Below the pieces are notes generated by a model. That model ran no database searches. It saw only the letters and a list, made by a program, of their open reading frames with translations, and was not told the origin of the DNA. Shown in pieces: positions 7,767-15,668 of a stretch of DNA of 24,000 nucleotides. Source of the stretch: Desulfosediminicola flagellatus (GTDB lineage: Bacteria > Desulfobacterota > Desulfobulbia > Desulfobulbales > Desulfocapsaceae); the NCBI RefSeq assembly GCF_005116655.2, contig NZ_CP050698.1:3059489-3083488 (forward strand). The letters run 5' to 3'. The position numbers and the translations under genes are program-made. The number at the start of each line of letters is the position of its first letter. Within the stretch, counting starts at the first letter, position 1.

Positions 7767-8477
7767 TTAAACTATCATACCCCAAATCATCCGGAACATT
7801 GTTTTCAAACCGTTAATAAAACCTTGTTTTTGCGCTTTACCCATAGAGTATTCAGTGTACCTTACCTGAATTGGAACTTCTTTAAAAGATAATCTGTTGT
7901 TATTGATTTCACGAATAACTTTACTATCGTACTCGTATTTATCAGCTTTCGTGTCAATAATTTTTGCGGCATATCTTGAATAGGCACGATATCCGGATTG
8001 ACTATCTGATACGTGAATACCGTACAATAAAAATGTTACAAGGTTTCCAATTTTATTTGCAATAATTTTAATGTAAGGCATCTCTCCTTTTATCTTCCGC
8101 CTAACCCCTAAGACTACTTCTATATTTTCACAGATTATTGGTTCAGTAAGGTTTTTTATGTCGGATGGATCATGTTGACCATCACCATCAATAGTAACAA
8201 TGACATCCGCACCTAATCTGTTTGCCGCAACAATACCTGTTTTTACGGCAGCTCCTTTACCTCGATTAATCCTATGACGTAACGCTATAACACCTTTCTT
8301 TTTTGATTTATCGAACGTGAAATCCTTGCTGCCATCATCTACAACTACAATATTATGGTAATTGTGATGTTGTATTTCATCAATTACATCTTCGATAACC
8401 ATTTCTTCGTTGTATGCAGCTATGACGATAAAAACATTTGTTTTATTCATGTATTTACCTATTTTCTCCAGACACAT
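7767..8477 (-). CDS. Soluble family 2 glycosyltransferase, polyprenol-phosphate sugar synthase type (Dpm1-like)
   Basis: VFIVIAAYNEE...IVVVDDGSKD and VTIDGDGQHDP motifs, with no C-terminal TM segment. The start is ambiguous: ATG at 8477 (6 nt after the upstream stop) or ATG at 8450 (MNKTNVFIV...). Confidence 0.85.
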   Translation of the reverse strand: MCLEKIGKYMNKTNVFIVIAAYNEEMVIEDVIDEIQHHNYHNIVVVDDGSKDFTFDKSKKKGVIALRHRINRGKGAAVKTGIVAANRLGADVIVTIDGDGQHDPSDIKNLTEPIICENIEVVLGVRRKIKGEMPYIKIIANKIGNLVTFLLYGIHVSDSQSGYRAYSRYAAKIIDTKADKYEYDSKVIREINNNRLSFKEVPIQVRYTEYSMGKAQKQGFINGLKTMFRMIWGMIV

Positions 8478-8483
8478 TATACG

Positions 8484-10253
8484 TTATGGTTGGACCACTG
8501 GAAGATATTTATAAATACTAAATGATTCAAAATGTGGTTTTCTGTGATACGTGATGCAATCTGGCGTTAAAACATATTCACTAATACTAGATGTAATACG
8601 TTCTTCAGGTTGCTTGTTGTTTAAATGTGCCACATAAAGACTGTTAAATAAATATTTATCCAGGTCTGTTATCTTTGTAGAAATGTAAACTCCTGGATTA
8701 CCATTGTATCTTTTAAAAGATGTTAATTCACCCTTCGGCATCTTTATGTTTTCAATTACCTGACCATTTTTCGCGTTTATATTATAATGTTTGTTGAAAT
8801 TAATGTATCTCGCCAAGTGAAGATAATGCAATTGGAGTGGATTATGCCATTCGTTGCCTTCCTCACATACAAAAAGTATTTTTGAAAGTGTTCGTCCTGA
8901 TCTCAGAATATCATTATCCATATTGTTGGATAAATCATGAATGGTTTCAATTCCATAATTAGCTACTTCAGTAGAATAGTCCCTCATACTTGCAGCGGCA
9001 GGCAATATGGTGAAAAACATATAAATATACACAAATGAATAACTCAAAACCGCTACTTTAATATATTTTCCAGGAAGAGTTTTCGCCCAACAATAAACCA
9101 CAGATAAAGAATATGACACTAGAAAAGAAAAAAGGAATACACTGGGATAAGTGTATTTTGTCAAAACAGGATCCCAAGGAATAAGTATTAGAAAAAAACC
9201 TATTGATAATGACAGCAATAACACAAAAAAGAGTAAATGATTATAAACTGATATATCATTAAACTTTTCCCTTCTCTTTGCCACAAGAAGAACTAAGGCA
9301 ACGCAAACTGGAGTATAGGAAAAATAGTGATTAAGGGAATATTGGGTAGTACATGTCCACAACTTTTTAATTGATTGTACTAATTTAGAAAAATCAAGAT
9401 GATATGCATTAGCATACCCGGATTTATTCATTGAGGTTATCAAAACAACACTTAAGGCTAACATTGCACTGGAAAGCAGGGTAACCCACAAAAAACGAAC
9501 ATTATATATAGGGAAATTGGCCAAGTCCACTTTCTTAAACATATACATCAATAACAATAAGATAAAATGACCGCCTACGAGAACAACTGCTGTTTCTTTT
9601 GTTAGAAAAAGAAGTAATAACGAGAGGAGTGAAACAACTAAAGCACTGGTTCTACCAGGGGATTTAAAATTGGCATTTAAAAAAACAAAGAATGAATAAA
9701 TCCAAACCGATAGCCATAACATCAAAGGAATTTCCTGACTATCTATATAATTCTGGAGAAGATTTTCTGTCAATGAGGGGGATAAAGGAATAAAAAATAT
9801 TGGTATTATACTAAAAATAATTGACCCAGTAAGTCTAAATATCAAATGAGCCATCAAAACCATCGATAGCGCAATACTTACAAGCAAGATGTATGAGAAT
9901 ATTCTCAAATCACCAGTCATAAGTTCTTTATATGATCTTCCCGGCATTTCAGAAAGTCTATTATGAACTACGGGTGAAATCATATATGAGGCTGAAATAT
10001 ACGTGAAAAAAGCTGGTCTGAATCTGCCATGGACAATATCTTCTTCAATAACATTCTTGATTTTTTCAATTACTGAAAGAGATTCATCCATATGAATATC
10101 AGGGTAAATTGAAACCCACCCATTTGCCAATTGTCTATATGCTAACTCGTTTTTAATGGCAAAATCATTGAACCAGAATACGCTCATACAAGACAATGCC
10201 ACGACCAACATAAAAGGAATAAATTTATAGTTATTAAACATTATATTTAGCAT
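8484..10253 (-). CDS. Polytopic membrane protein, GT-C-fold glycosyltransferase candidate (ArnT/PMT/GtrC-like role) with a ~170-aa C-terminal soluble domain
   Basis: It is 589 aa with roughly 11-12 hydrophobic segments and an acidic first loop (HMDESLSVIEKIKNVIEEDIVHGRFRP). An LTKETA-type motif follows a TM helix. It lies directly downstream of a GtrB/ArnC-like lipid-carrier glycosyltransferase. Function is inferred from topology and context only. Confidence 0.55.
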   Translation of the reverse strand: MLNIMFNNYKFIPFMLVVALSCMSVFWFNDFAIKNELAYRQLANGWVSIYPDIHMDESLSVIEKIKNVIEEDIVHGRFRPAFFTYISASYMISPVVHNRLSEMPGRSYKELMTGDLRIFSYILLVSIALSMVLMAHLIFRLTGSIIFSIIPIFFIPLSPSLTENLLQNYIDSQEIPLMLWLSVWIYSFFVFLNANFKSPGRTSALVVSLLSLLLLFLTKETAVVLVGGHFILLLLMYMFKKVDLANFPIYNVRFLWVTLLSSAMLALSVVLITSMNKSGYANAYHLDFSKLVQSIKKLWTCTTQYSLNHYFSYTPVCVALVLLVAKRREKFNDISVYNHLLFFVLLLSLSIGFFLILIPWDPVLTKYTYPSVFLFSFLVSYSLSVVYCWAKTLPGKYIKVAVLSYSFVYIYMFFTILPAAASMRDYSTEVANYGIETIHDLSNNMDNDILRSGRTLSKILFVCEEGNEWHNPLQLHYLHLARYINFNKHYNINAKNGQVIENIKMPKGELTSFKRYNGNPGVYISTKITDLDKYLFNSLYVAHLNNKQPEERITSSISEYVLTPDCITYHRKPHFESFSIYKYLPVVQP

Positions 10254-10290
10254 TATTGTCTAGTATTACACACCTAACACAAAGTCATGA

Positions 10291-11226
10291 TTATTTGATA
10301 TTTGAATCAGCTATTATATAGTTTGGGCGCCCCTTCACTTCCATATATATTCGACCTATATACTCGCCACACATCCCTAAAAACAACAATTGAATTCCTC
10401 CAAGAAAATATATTCCAGCCATTATTGAAAACCATCCAGAAACCGCATGATTTGTGAAAATTTTCACATAAAATGCGTATAGAACATAAATAAAACTTAC
10501 AAAGGCAATGCTTATTCCTACCAACGCGGCTAAGCGAAGAGGAAAAAAACTAAACGACGAGATCCCATCTACAGCCAATCCAACCATTTTCCGTAGAGTG
10601 TACTTACTCCCACCGCTCATACGTTTTTCTGGAATATATGTGAGTTCAAATTGCTTAAATCCTAGCCATGTAAAAACCCCTCTATAAAAAATAGATCGTT
10701 CTTGAAACCTAACAAGTACATCAACAACCTTTCTATCAAACAACCGAAAATCCGCAGATCCGTTTTTTAAATTAACATCTGAAATTTTACTTAAAATTTT
10801 GTAAAACATAGAAGATGTATGTCTTTTAAATAATGACACATTATAACTATCATCACGTATAGTACTTACTATATCGTACCCTTCATTCCATTTATTCATC
10901 ATTTCATCTATGATATAAGGAGGATGCTGATGATCTCCATCCATTGAAATAACGATTTTCCCAGAGGTTTTTTCGATGCCAGCTCTCAAAGCATTCTGGT
11001 GCCCAAAATTACGCGACAACGAAATATAAAATACATTATTAATTTTCTTACAAATATCCTTCAACACATTTAAAGTATCATCTTTACTACCATCATTCAC
11101 AAATATAATCTCATAGCTATTATATTTATCTAATACATCTATAAGAGAACAGACAAGTGAATTAACATTATCCTGTTCGTTATAGACAGGTATAACAATT
11201 GATATTTCTACAGTATCACAATTCAT
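10291..11226 (-). CDS. Polyprenol(undecaprenyl)-phosphate glycosyltransferase, GtrB/ArnC-like GT2 with two C-terminal TM helices
   Basis: ISIVIPVYNEQDNV...EIIFVNDGSKDDT, ISMDGDHQHPP, GSADFRLFDRKVV and GGSKYTLRKM motifs, followed by two hydrophobic helices and the GEYIGRIY tail. This is the classic layout of this family. Confidence 0.9.
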   Translation of the reverse strand: MNCDTVEISIVIPVYNEQDNVNSLVCSLIDVLDKYNSYEIIFVNDGSKDDTLNVLKDICKKINNVFYISLSRNFGHQNALRAGIEKTSGKIVISMDGDHQHPPYIIDEMMNKWNEGYDIVSTIRDDSYNVSLFKRHTSSMFYKILSKISDVNLKNGSADFRLFDRKVVDVLVRFQERSIFYRGVFTWLGFKQFELTYIPEKRMSGGSKYTLRKMVGLAVDGISSFSFFPLRLAALVGISIAFVSFIYVLYAFYVKIFTNHAVSGWFSIMAGIYFLGGIQLLFLGMCGEYIGRIYMEVKGRPNYIIADSNIK

Positions 11227-11517
11227 AATATATCAGAACATGCTCCCCATATATATTCGTTGGTTAAATATATTAATTCGTGCTTTACATAACCGACCTA
11301 AACATTGTCAGAAAGCAATACAATTACAACATATTGCTACATAGGAACTTTAGGTTTAATGTCGGCTAATCAGGTTGACTATTAATATTTTTTTCTAACT
11401 ATAAAATAGCTACGAATTATATTCATAATGATTCTGACAGTCTTAAAATGTGACATGGCGCACTTGGTTGAACGCTGATTATCAATACTATCCAGCTAGT
11501 ATATTGAGACGATATAC

Positions 11518-11527
11518 ATAAAGGATT
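11518..11527. repeat. Left copy of the target-site duplication (ATAAAGGATT)
   Basis: It is identical to 12584-12593 and directly abuts the left inverted repeat. Confidence 0.8.
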
Positions 11528-12583
11528 CTGATTACGTATAAAGCTCAGCTATTTTTTTAGGGGTATCACTATATGAGTACCCTGTCCTGTTACACTACCT
11601 CCATACCACTAAACAAATGGAGGTAAATATGGCGAAAAATTCAATCCAGTTCCAACCAGGTCTCAGCTTGCAAGAGTTTATCTCAAAATACGGTTCTGAA
11701 GAACAGTGCTATCAAGCACTTTTCAGATGGCGTTGGCCTAATGGATTTAAATGTCCAGAATGTGGCCACGATCGCTATTGCACCTTAAAATCAAGAAAAC
11801 TCATGCAGTGTAACAGATGCCGATCTCAGGTTTCAGTGACTGCCAGAACGATTTTTGACTCGACTAAGTTGCCGTTGACTACTTGGTTTTTCAGTATTTA
11901 TCTTGTCACACAATCTAAAATTAGCATCTCCGCTCTGAGTTTGAAGAGAACTGTTGGTGTCTCTTATAATACAGCCTTATTGATCAAGCATAAAATACAA
12001 CAGGTTATGAAAGAACGAGACGATTCAAAACCTATTTCAGCAACCCTTGTACAAGTTGACGACGCTTATTGGGGCGGCAAAAAACGTGATGGTCGCAGAG
12101 GCCGCGGGGCAACAGACAAAATACCTTTTGTTGCTGCAGTTTCGACGAATGAGAATGGTCATCCACTTCATATGCGTTTTAGCCAAGTTGCCTCCTTTAC
12201 AAAGAAAGCTATCATTGATTGGGCAGCTAAACATCTTTGTAATGGCAGCGAAGTTGTCACCGACGGCCTTCTCGGTTTTGAAGGCCTTGATGATGCAGGT
12301 TTTTCTCACAAAGTAATTATCACTGGAGGTGGACCTGAAAGTGTTAAAATTGCTGATTTCAAGTGGGTTAATACTATCATCGGCAACGTTAAGAGGTCAT
12401 TCCATGGTACATTCCACGCAATCAGCAAAAAACACTTTGGGCGATACCTAGCTGAATTTTGTTATCGTTTCAATCGCAGGTTTGATCTGCGACAGCTGCT
12501 ACCCAGATTCACTTACGTGGCTCTAAGAACTCCACCGATGCCACAAAAGCTTATAAGAGTGGCTGAGCTTTGTGGGTAATCAG
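11528..12583 (+). mobile_element. Complete IS1595-family (ISXO2-like) insertion sequence, 1056 bp
   Basis: It has a single transposase ORF and terminal inverted repeats CTGATTACGTATAAAGCTCAGC (11528-11549) and GCTGAGCTTTGTGGGTAATCAG (12562-12583), which match at 19/22. Identical ATAAAGGATT flanks it on both sides. Confidence 0.9.
11629..12579 (+). CDS. IS1595-family transposase (N-terminal zinc ribbon plus DDE domain)
   Basis: KCPECGH...CNRCRSQVS is a zinc-ribbon motif, and QVDDAYWGG...KIPFVAAV...VVTDGL... is a DDE-type core. The opening MAKNSIQFQPGLSLQEF is typical of ISXO2-like transposases. I prefer the ATG at 11629 (GGAGG 5 nt upstream) to the ORF-track ATG at 11617. The stop codon lies inside the right inverted repeat. 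Confidence 0.9.
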   Translation: MAKNSIQFQPGLSLQEFISKYGSEEQCYQALFRWRWPNGFKCPECGHDRYCTLKSRKLMQCNRCRSQVSVTARTIFDSTKLPLTTWFFSIYLVTQSKISISALSLKRTVGVSYNTALLIKHKIQQVMKERDDSKPISATLVQVDDAYWGGKKRDGRRGRGATDKIPFVAAVSTNENGHPLHMRFSQVASFTKKAIIDWAAKHLCNGSEVVTDGLLGFEGLDDAGFSHKVIITGGGPESVKIADFKWVNTIIGNVKRSFHGTFHAISKKHFGRYLAEFCYRFNRRFDLRQLLPRFTYVALRTPPMPQKLIRVAELCG

Positions 12584-12593
12584 ATAAAGGATT
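12584..12593. repeat. Right copy of the target-site duplication (ATAAAGGATT)
   Basis: It is identical to 11518-11527 and directly abuts the right inverted repeat. Confidence 0.8.
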
Positions 12594-12748
12594 ACGAGTA
12601 TACAACCTTCCAAAACTCAACTATCCAATCTTACCGTATTTCCAATGCATTAATCATACTGCATCAGCAAGAGTAGTTGTTTCTTCACGCCTCACTCCTT
12701 ATACCCGAATTTATACAAAGTAACTGTCAGGAGTAATCAAATATCAAC

Positions 12749-13078
12749 TTACTTATAAAGAATCAAAGCCACTGACACAAAACCTAAGCATATACCAAGT
12801 ATCTGAGTAACACTTAAAGACTCACTCCATAGTACTACACCAAAGATTATAACCAACAGCATGACAGACACTGTATTAACAGTGCTGGCAACACTTATTG
12901 GGAAGTACCTAACAGCAACTGAATAAAACACAAATGATAATACATATGAAACCAAACTGAGAGCAATAAAGCAGAACCAACCAAATGAGCTATAAGGTTT
13001 TTGTGATGCAACTTTAATAAGTAATTGCGCTGTAGTTGAAAATATAATTGGAACTACAAGTATTACATATTTACTCAT
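12749..13078 (-). CDS. Small 4-TM membrane protein, SMR/DMT-type, ArnE/ArnF-like lipid-linked-sugar flippase candidate (GtrA-equivalent position)
   Basis: It is 109 aa with four hydrophobic helices. TTAQLLIKVASQ resembles the helix-1 motif of ArnE. FPISVASTVNTVSVMLLVIIFGVVLWSESLS resembles SMR/EamA helices 3-4. It lies upstream of the GtrB-like and GT-C-like genes. Confidence 0.55.
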   Translation of the reverse strand: MSKYVILVVPIIFSTTAQLLIKVASQKPYSSFGWFCFIALSLVSYVLSFVFYSVAVRYFPISVASTVNTVSVMLLVIIFGVVLWSESLSVTQILGICLGFVSVALILYK

Positions 13079-13170
13079 AATTATTTTCTTCTAACTATCA
13101 TAATTGTAACACATAGCATTTATAGCGACTCTGATAGTCATGTATTTTGCCTATGCACCGGGTGGAAAGG

Positions 13171-13226
13171 TGATTGCCCCTAATCCTCAATTTTGAACGG
13201 TGAGGAGAGAGGTGTAAGGTGTAATG
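13171..13226. repeat. 56-nt non-coding repeat element, copy X
   Basis: It aligns without gaps to 13416-13471 at 42/56 positions. Shared blocks are TGATTGC, CTAATC, TTTGAA and AAGGTGTAATG. Confidence 0.75.
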
Positions 13227-13415
13227 AACAGGAAAACATTCACACACAGTAATCATCTTATTTCACAACAGATTTGAGATAATTTGCCGAATGATGCTGT
13301 AGACTCCTCACTCCTATCGCCTCACTTCATGTGGTTAGTTTTCGGTGGTAATCAAATAATTATTTGGAAATAACAGTTACAATGTGCATCAACAAAGAGA
13401 ATTCACATTATTTAC

Positions 13416-13471
13416 TGATTGCAACTAATCTTCAGCTTTGAAGTGTGACGCTTGAGGAACAAGGTGTAATG
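13416..13471. repeat. 56-nt non-coding repeat element, copy Y
   Basis: It aligns without gaps to 13171-13226 at 42/56 positions, at a constant offset of 245 bp. Confidence 0.75.
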
Positions 13472-13662
13472 TCTATGCTGAACTGAAAACTAATTGCTAT
13501 GATTGGCGACACCAATACATTTCAACCTGCTGTCAGCGTCCACAACACGACAGCATGCCTGACTTCTAACAATTTCAACGTAATTGCATGTGGCTGATCT
13601 TTAAAGGTAATACGTATTTTTTTACACATTTCAGCTCTATACAAACTGTTGATTCTCACAAA

Positions 13663-14514
13663 TTACATTTCTCTTTTCTGCCTACTGATTTCAAGACATA
13701 GCAAGAAATAATACGTGGCTTGCATGAATGAATTTCGAATGCCGATTCGTCCTTCCTTCCCGCCCCCTAAAAACATTAATCCAGCAAAATGATAGGTGAA
13801 AATGAAAGGGGCCATCAATCTTGGGAACCGAGTGATTGCTGAATAGTGTGGTTTAAGTTCGATATCTTCAACAGGATAATACTCTAATTTGCTAGGGTCA
13901 GCCAGATGATATTGCGCATGAATTTTTATCCATTTTTTATGTTTGGTAAAAAGAGTTCTAAAATTAAAATTATCATATTCTGGTCTATGCTCCAGCAGAT
14001 ATGGAACCTTCTTGACTTTTCCTTCTACACGCACTTCCTCGTGAGGAAAGCCGATATATGACACCCTGTCCTTTTGAAAAAGTGCTTTTTTGTTCGGCCA
14101 GTTTTTTGTCCTGTACTTAAAACCGTCCCAATACGGCCAAAGAAACTCATAACATGCAACAGTGTCGTCTGTTACGAGGTCCTTAATATTTTCAATAAGT
14201 TCTTCAGAAAGAAATTCATCAGCATCAATCTGTAATACCCACTTATTTTTAGCATTAAAATACGTCCATACCCTGTGACCCTCACACATCCCTACATGCT
14301 TCCTCTCTTTGACCATACAGCCATACTTCCTGCATATAGTTAAAGTGTTATCCTCACATGGCCCATCATGAACGACAATTATTGAATTGGTCACCTGCTT
14401 TATACTTTTCAGGCATCTCTCAATGATTTTTTCCTCGTTATGCACCACGAGGCACGCTGTAACTAAATGACTATAGTCAATCTTCAAAATAAATCCTTTA
14501 CTAGCTAATTTCAC
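13663..14514 (-). CDS. Family 2 glycosyltransferase
   Basis: TACLVVHNEEKIIERCLKSIKQV..SIIVVHDG and QIDADEF (DxD) motifs. The GTG start at 14514 overlaps the upstream stop codon (GTGA). Confidence 0.8.
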   Translation of the reverse strand: MKLASKGFILKIDYSHLVTACLVVHNEEKIIERCLKSIKQVTNSIIVVHDGPCEDNTLTICRKYGCMVKERKHVGMCEGHRVWTYFNAKNKWVLQIDADEFLSEELIENIKDLVTDDTVACYEFLWPYWDGFKYRTKNWPNKKALFQKDRVSYIGFPHEEVRVEGKVKKVPYLLEHRPEYDNFNFRTLFTKHKKWIKIHAQYHLADPSKLEYYPVEDIELKPHYSAITRFPRLMAPFIFTYHFAGLMFLGGGKEGRIGIRNSFMQATYYFLLCLEISRQKREM

Positions 14515-15668
14515 ATTGAGGCTTTAAGACTATCTACTTTATCAATATAATTCCTGGCAATAACCAATGGGTCATATGCGGATAGAGCTTTATCTCGTCC
14601 TGATAATCCGACTTGTTTTCTTAACGACTTATTGCTCAATAGAATTTCCAGTTCAGATGCAAACTGCATGGTAACCGGGTCGGCAATGGGGTTGAGAGTG
14701 CCTTCCAACATTTCAGCCATCCCGCCATTTGGGCTGGCTACAACAGGTACTCCCCTTACCATAGATTCTAAAACTACTGTCGGGAATGTATCCCACCCTG
14801 AAGGAACAATAACAACCCAGGCACGTGAATATGCTCTTTCGAGATTTTTGCGATCAAGATGACCAAGGAATTTAATATGAGCGACATTTACGCCAAGTTT
14901 GCCTATCAACCATTTTCGTGTAGAACCAAGGAATCGAGCATAACTATCTTCACCAGCGATCTCTATTTTCAGGTTAGGGAATTTCTTTTTCAACTTTTCT
15001 ATCATTTTGGACAAATGCGCTATCCCCTTACCTATATCAATTCGTCCAACAAGCAATAAAGTCGGGTCTGTCGCTTCCCTGTGGGTAACTTTCTCAATTG
15101 GTGAGATTGGATTAGGTATAACCCAACGTTTATCAGGAAGACTGACACCCTGTTCTTCCATTTCGGTCAAGAATCGCTCGCAGGGAGAAATAAGAACGGC
15201 TGCTTTTTTTAAACTATCTGATTCACGCCTCAAACATCTCCGATTACGAATACAAGCTAGTCCAATCAGATACTTTTGCCATGAATAATATACATGGCCA
15301 TATCTTGATCGCTTCAAAACATCGTTATAATGAGCTTTGATAATAACAGGAATTCCTCTAAGATTTAAACCAAACAAACCGGCAGACTCACCAAGGTGGT
15401 CTGCACCCTCAATCCAGTCTACTTGATGTTTCTCAGCCAGCGTTCTTACAAGTTCTGAAACAAAAGGCTTACCAATGTCCTCGATCTTATAATATCTATA
15501 AATAACTCCGTTATTAAATTCTTCTCTCGATTTCCCTTCATCTCCATGGCTGGTAACAACCACAGTATAGCAGTCAAGCGACTGAAAAGCCTGTGTCATA
15601 TGAAAGATATAACTGCCGATTCCAGACCCACGAGGCGGATATTCCCAACAGTGAAATAAGATTTTCAA
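14511..15668 (-). CDS. GT4-family (GT-B) glycosyltransferase
   Basis: N-terminal KILFHCWEYPPRGSGIGSY and C-terminal VIVPSGWDTFPTVVLESMVRGVPVVAS (EX7E-type motif). The TTG start at 15668 overlaps the upstream stop codon (TTGA). Confidence 0.85.
   Translation of the reverse strand: MKILFHCWEYPPRGSGIGSYIFHMTQAFQSLDCYTVVVTSHGDEGKSREEFNNGVIYRYYKIEDIGKPFVSELVRTLAEKHQVDWIEGADHLGESAGLFGLNLRGIPVIIKAHYNDVLKRSRYGHVYYSWQKYLIGLACIRNRRCLRRESDSLKKAAVLISPCERFLTEMEEQGVSLPDKRWVIPNPISPIEKVTHREATDPTLLLVGRIDIGKGIAHLSKMIEKLKKKFPNLKIEIAGEDSYARFLGSTRKWLIGKLGVNVAHIKFLGHLDRKNLERAYSRAWVVIVPSGWDTFPTVVLESMVRGVPVVASPNGGMAEMLEGTLNPIADPVTMQFASELEILLSNKSLRKQVGLSGRDKALSAYDPLVIARNYIDKVDSLKASM

Noticed and set aside
12037-12316. 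ORFs 12037..12309(-) and 12047..12316(+) inside the IS
   Set aside because: They are alternative-frame or antisense ORFs within the transposase gene and have no independent support.
13203-13277. An SD-like GAGGAGAGAGG plus ATG at 13224 opening a 17-codon ORF, with a 5-codon counterpart at 13469
   Set aside because: The nucleotide repeat is conserved but the downstream peptides are not, and neither has a coding signature, so I treat them as non-coding.
13171-13471. The spaced 56-nt repeats as a possible CRISPR array
   Set aside because: There are only two clear copies, 75% identical and 245 bp apart. They lack a repeat-spacer periodicity of 25-40 nt, and there are no cas genes in the window.
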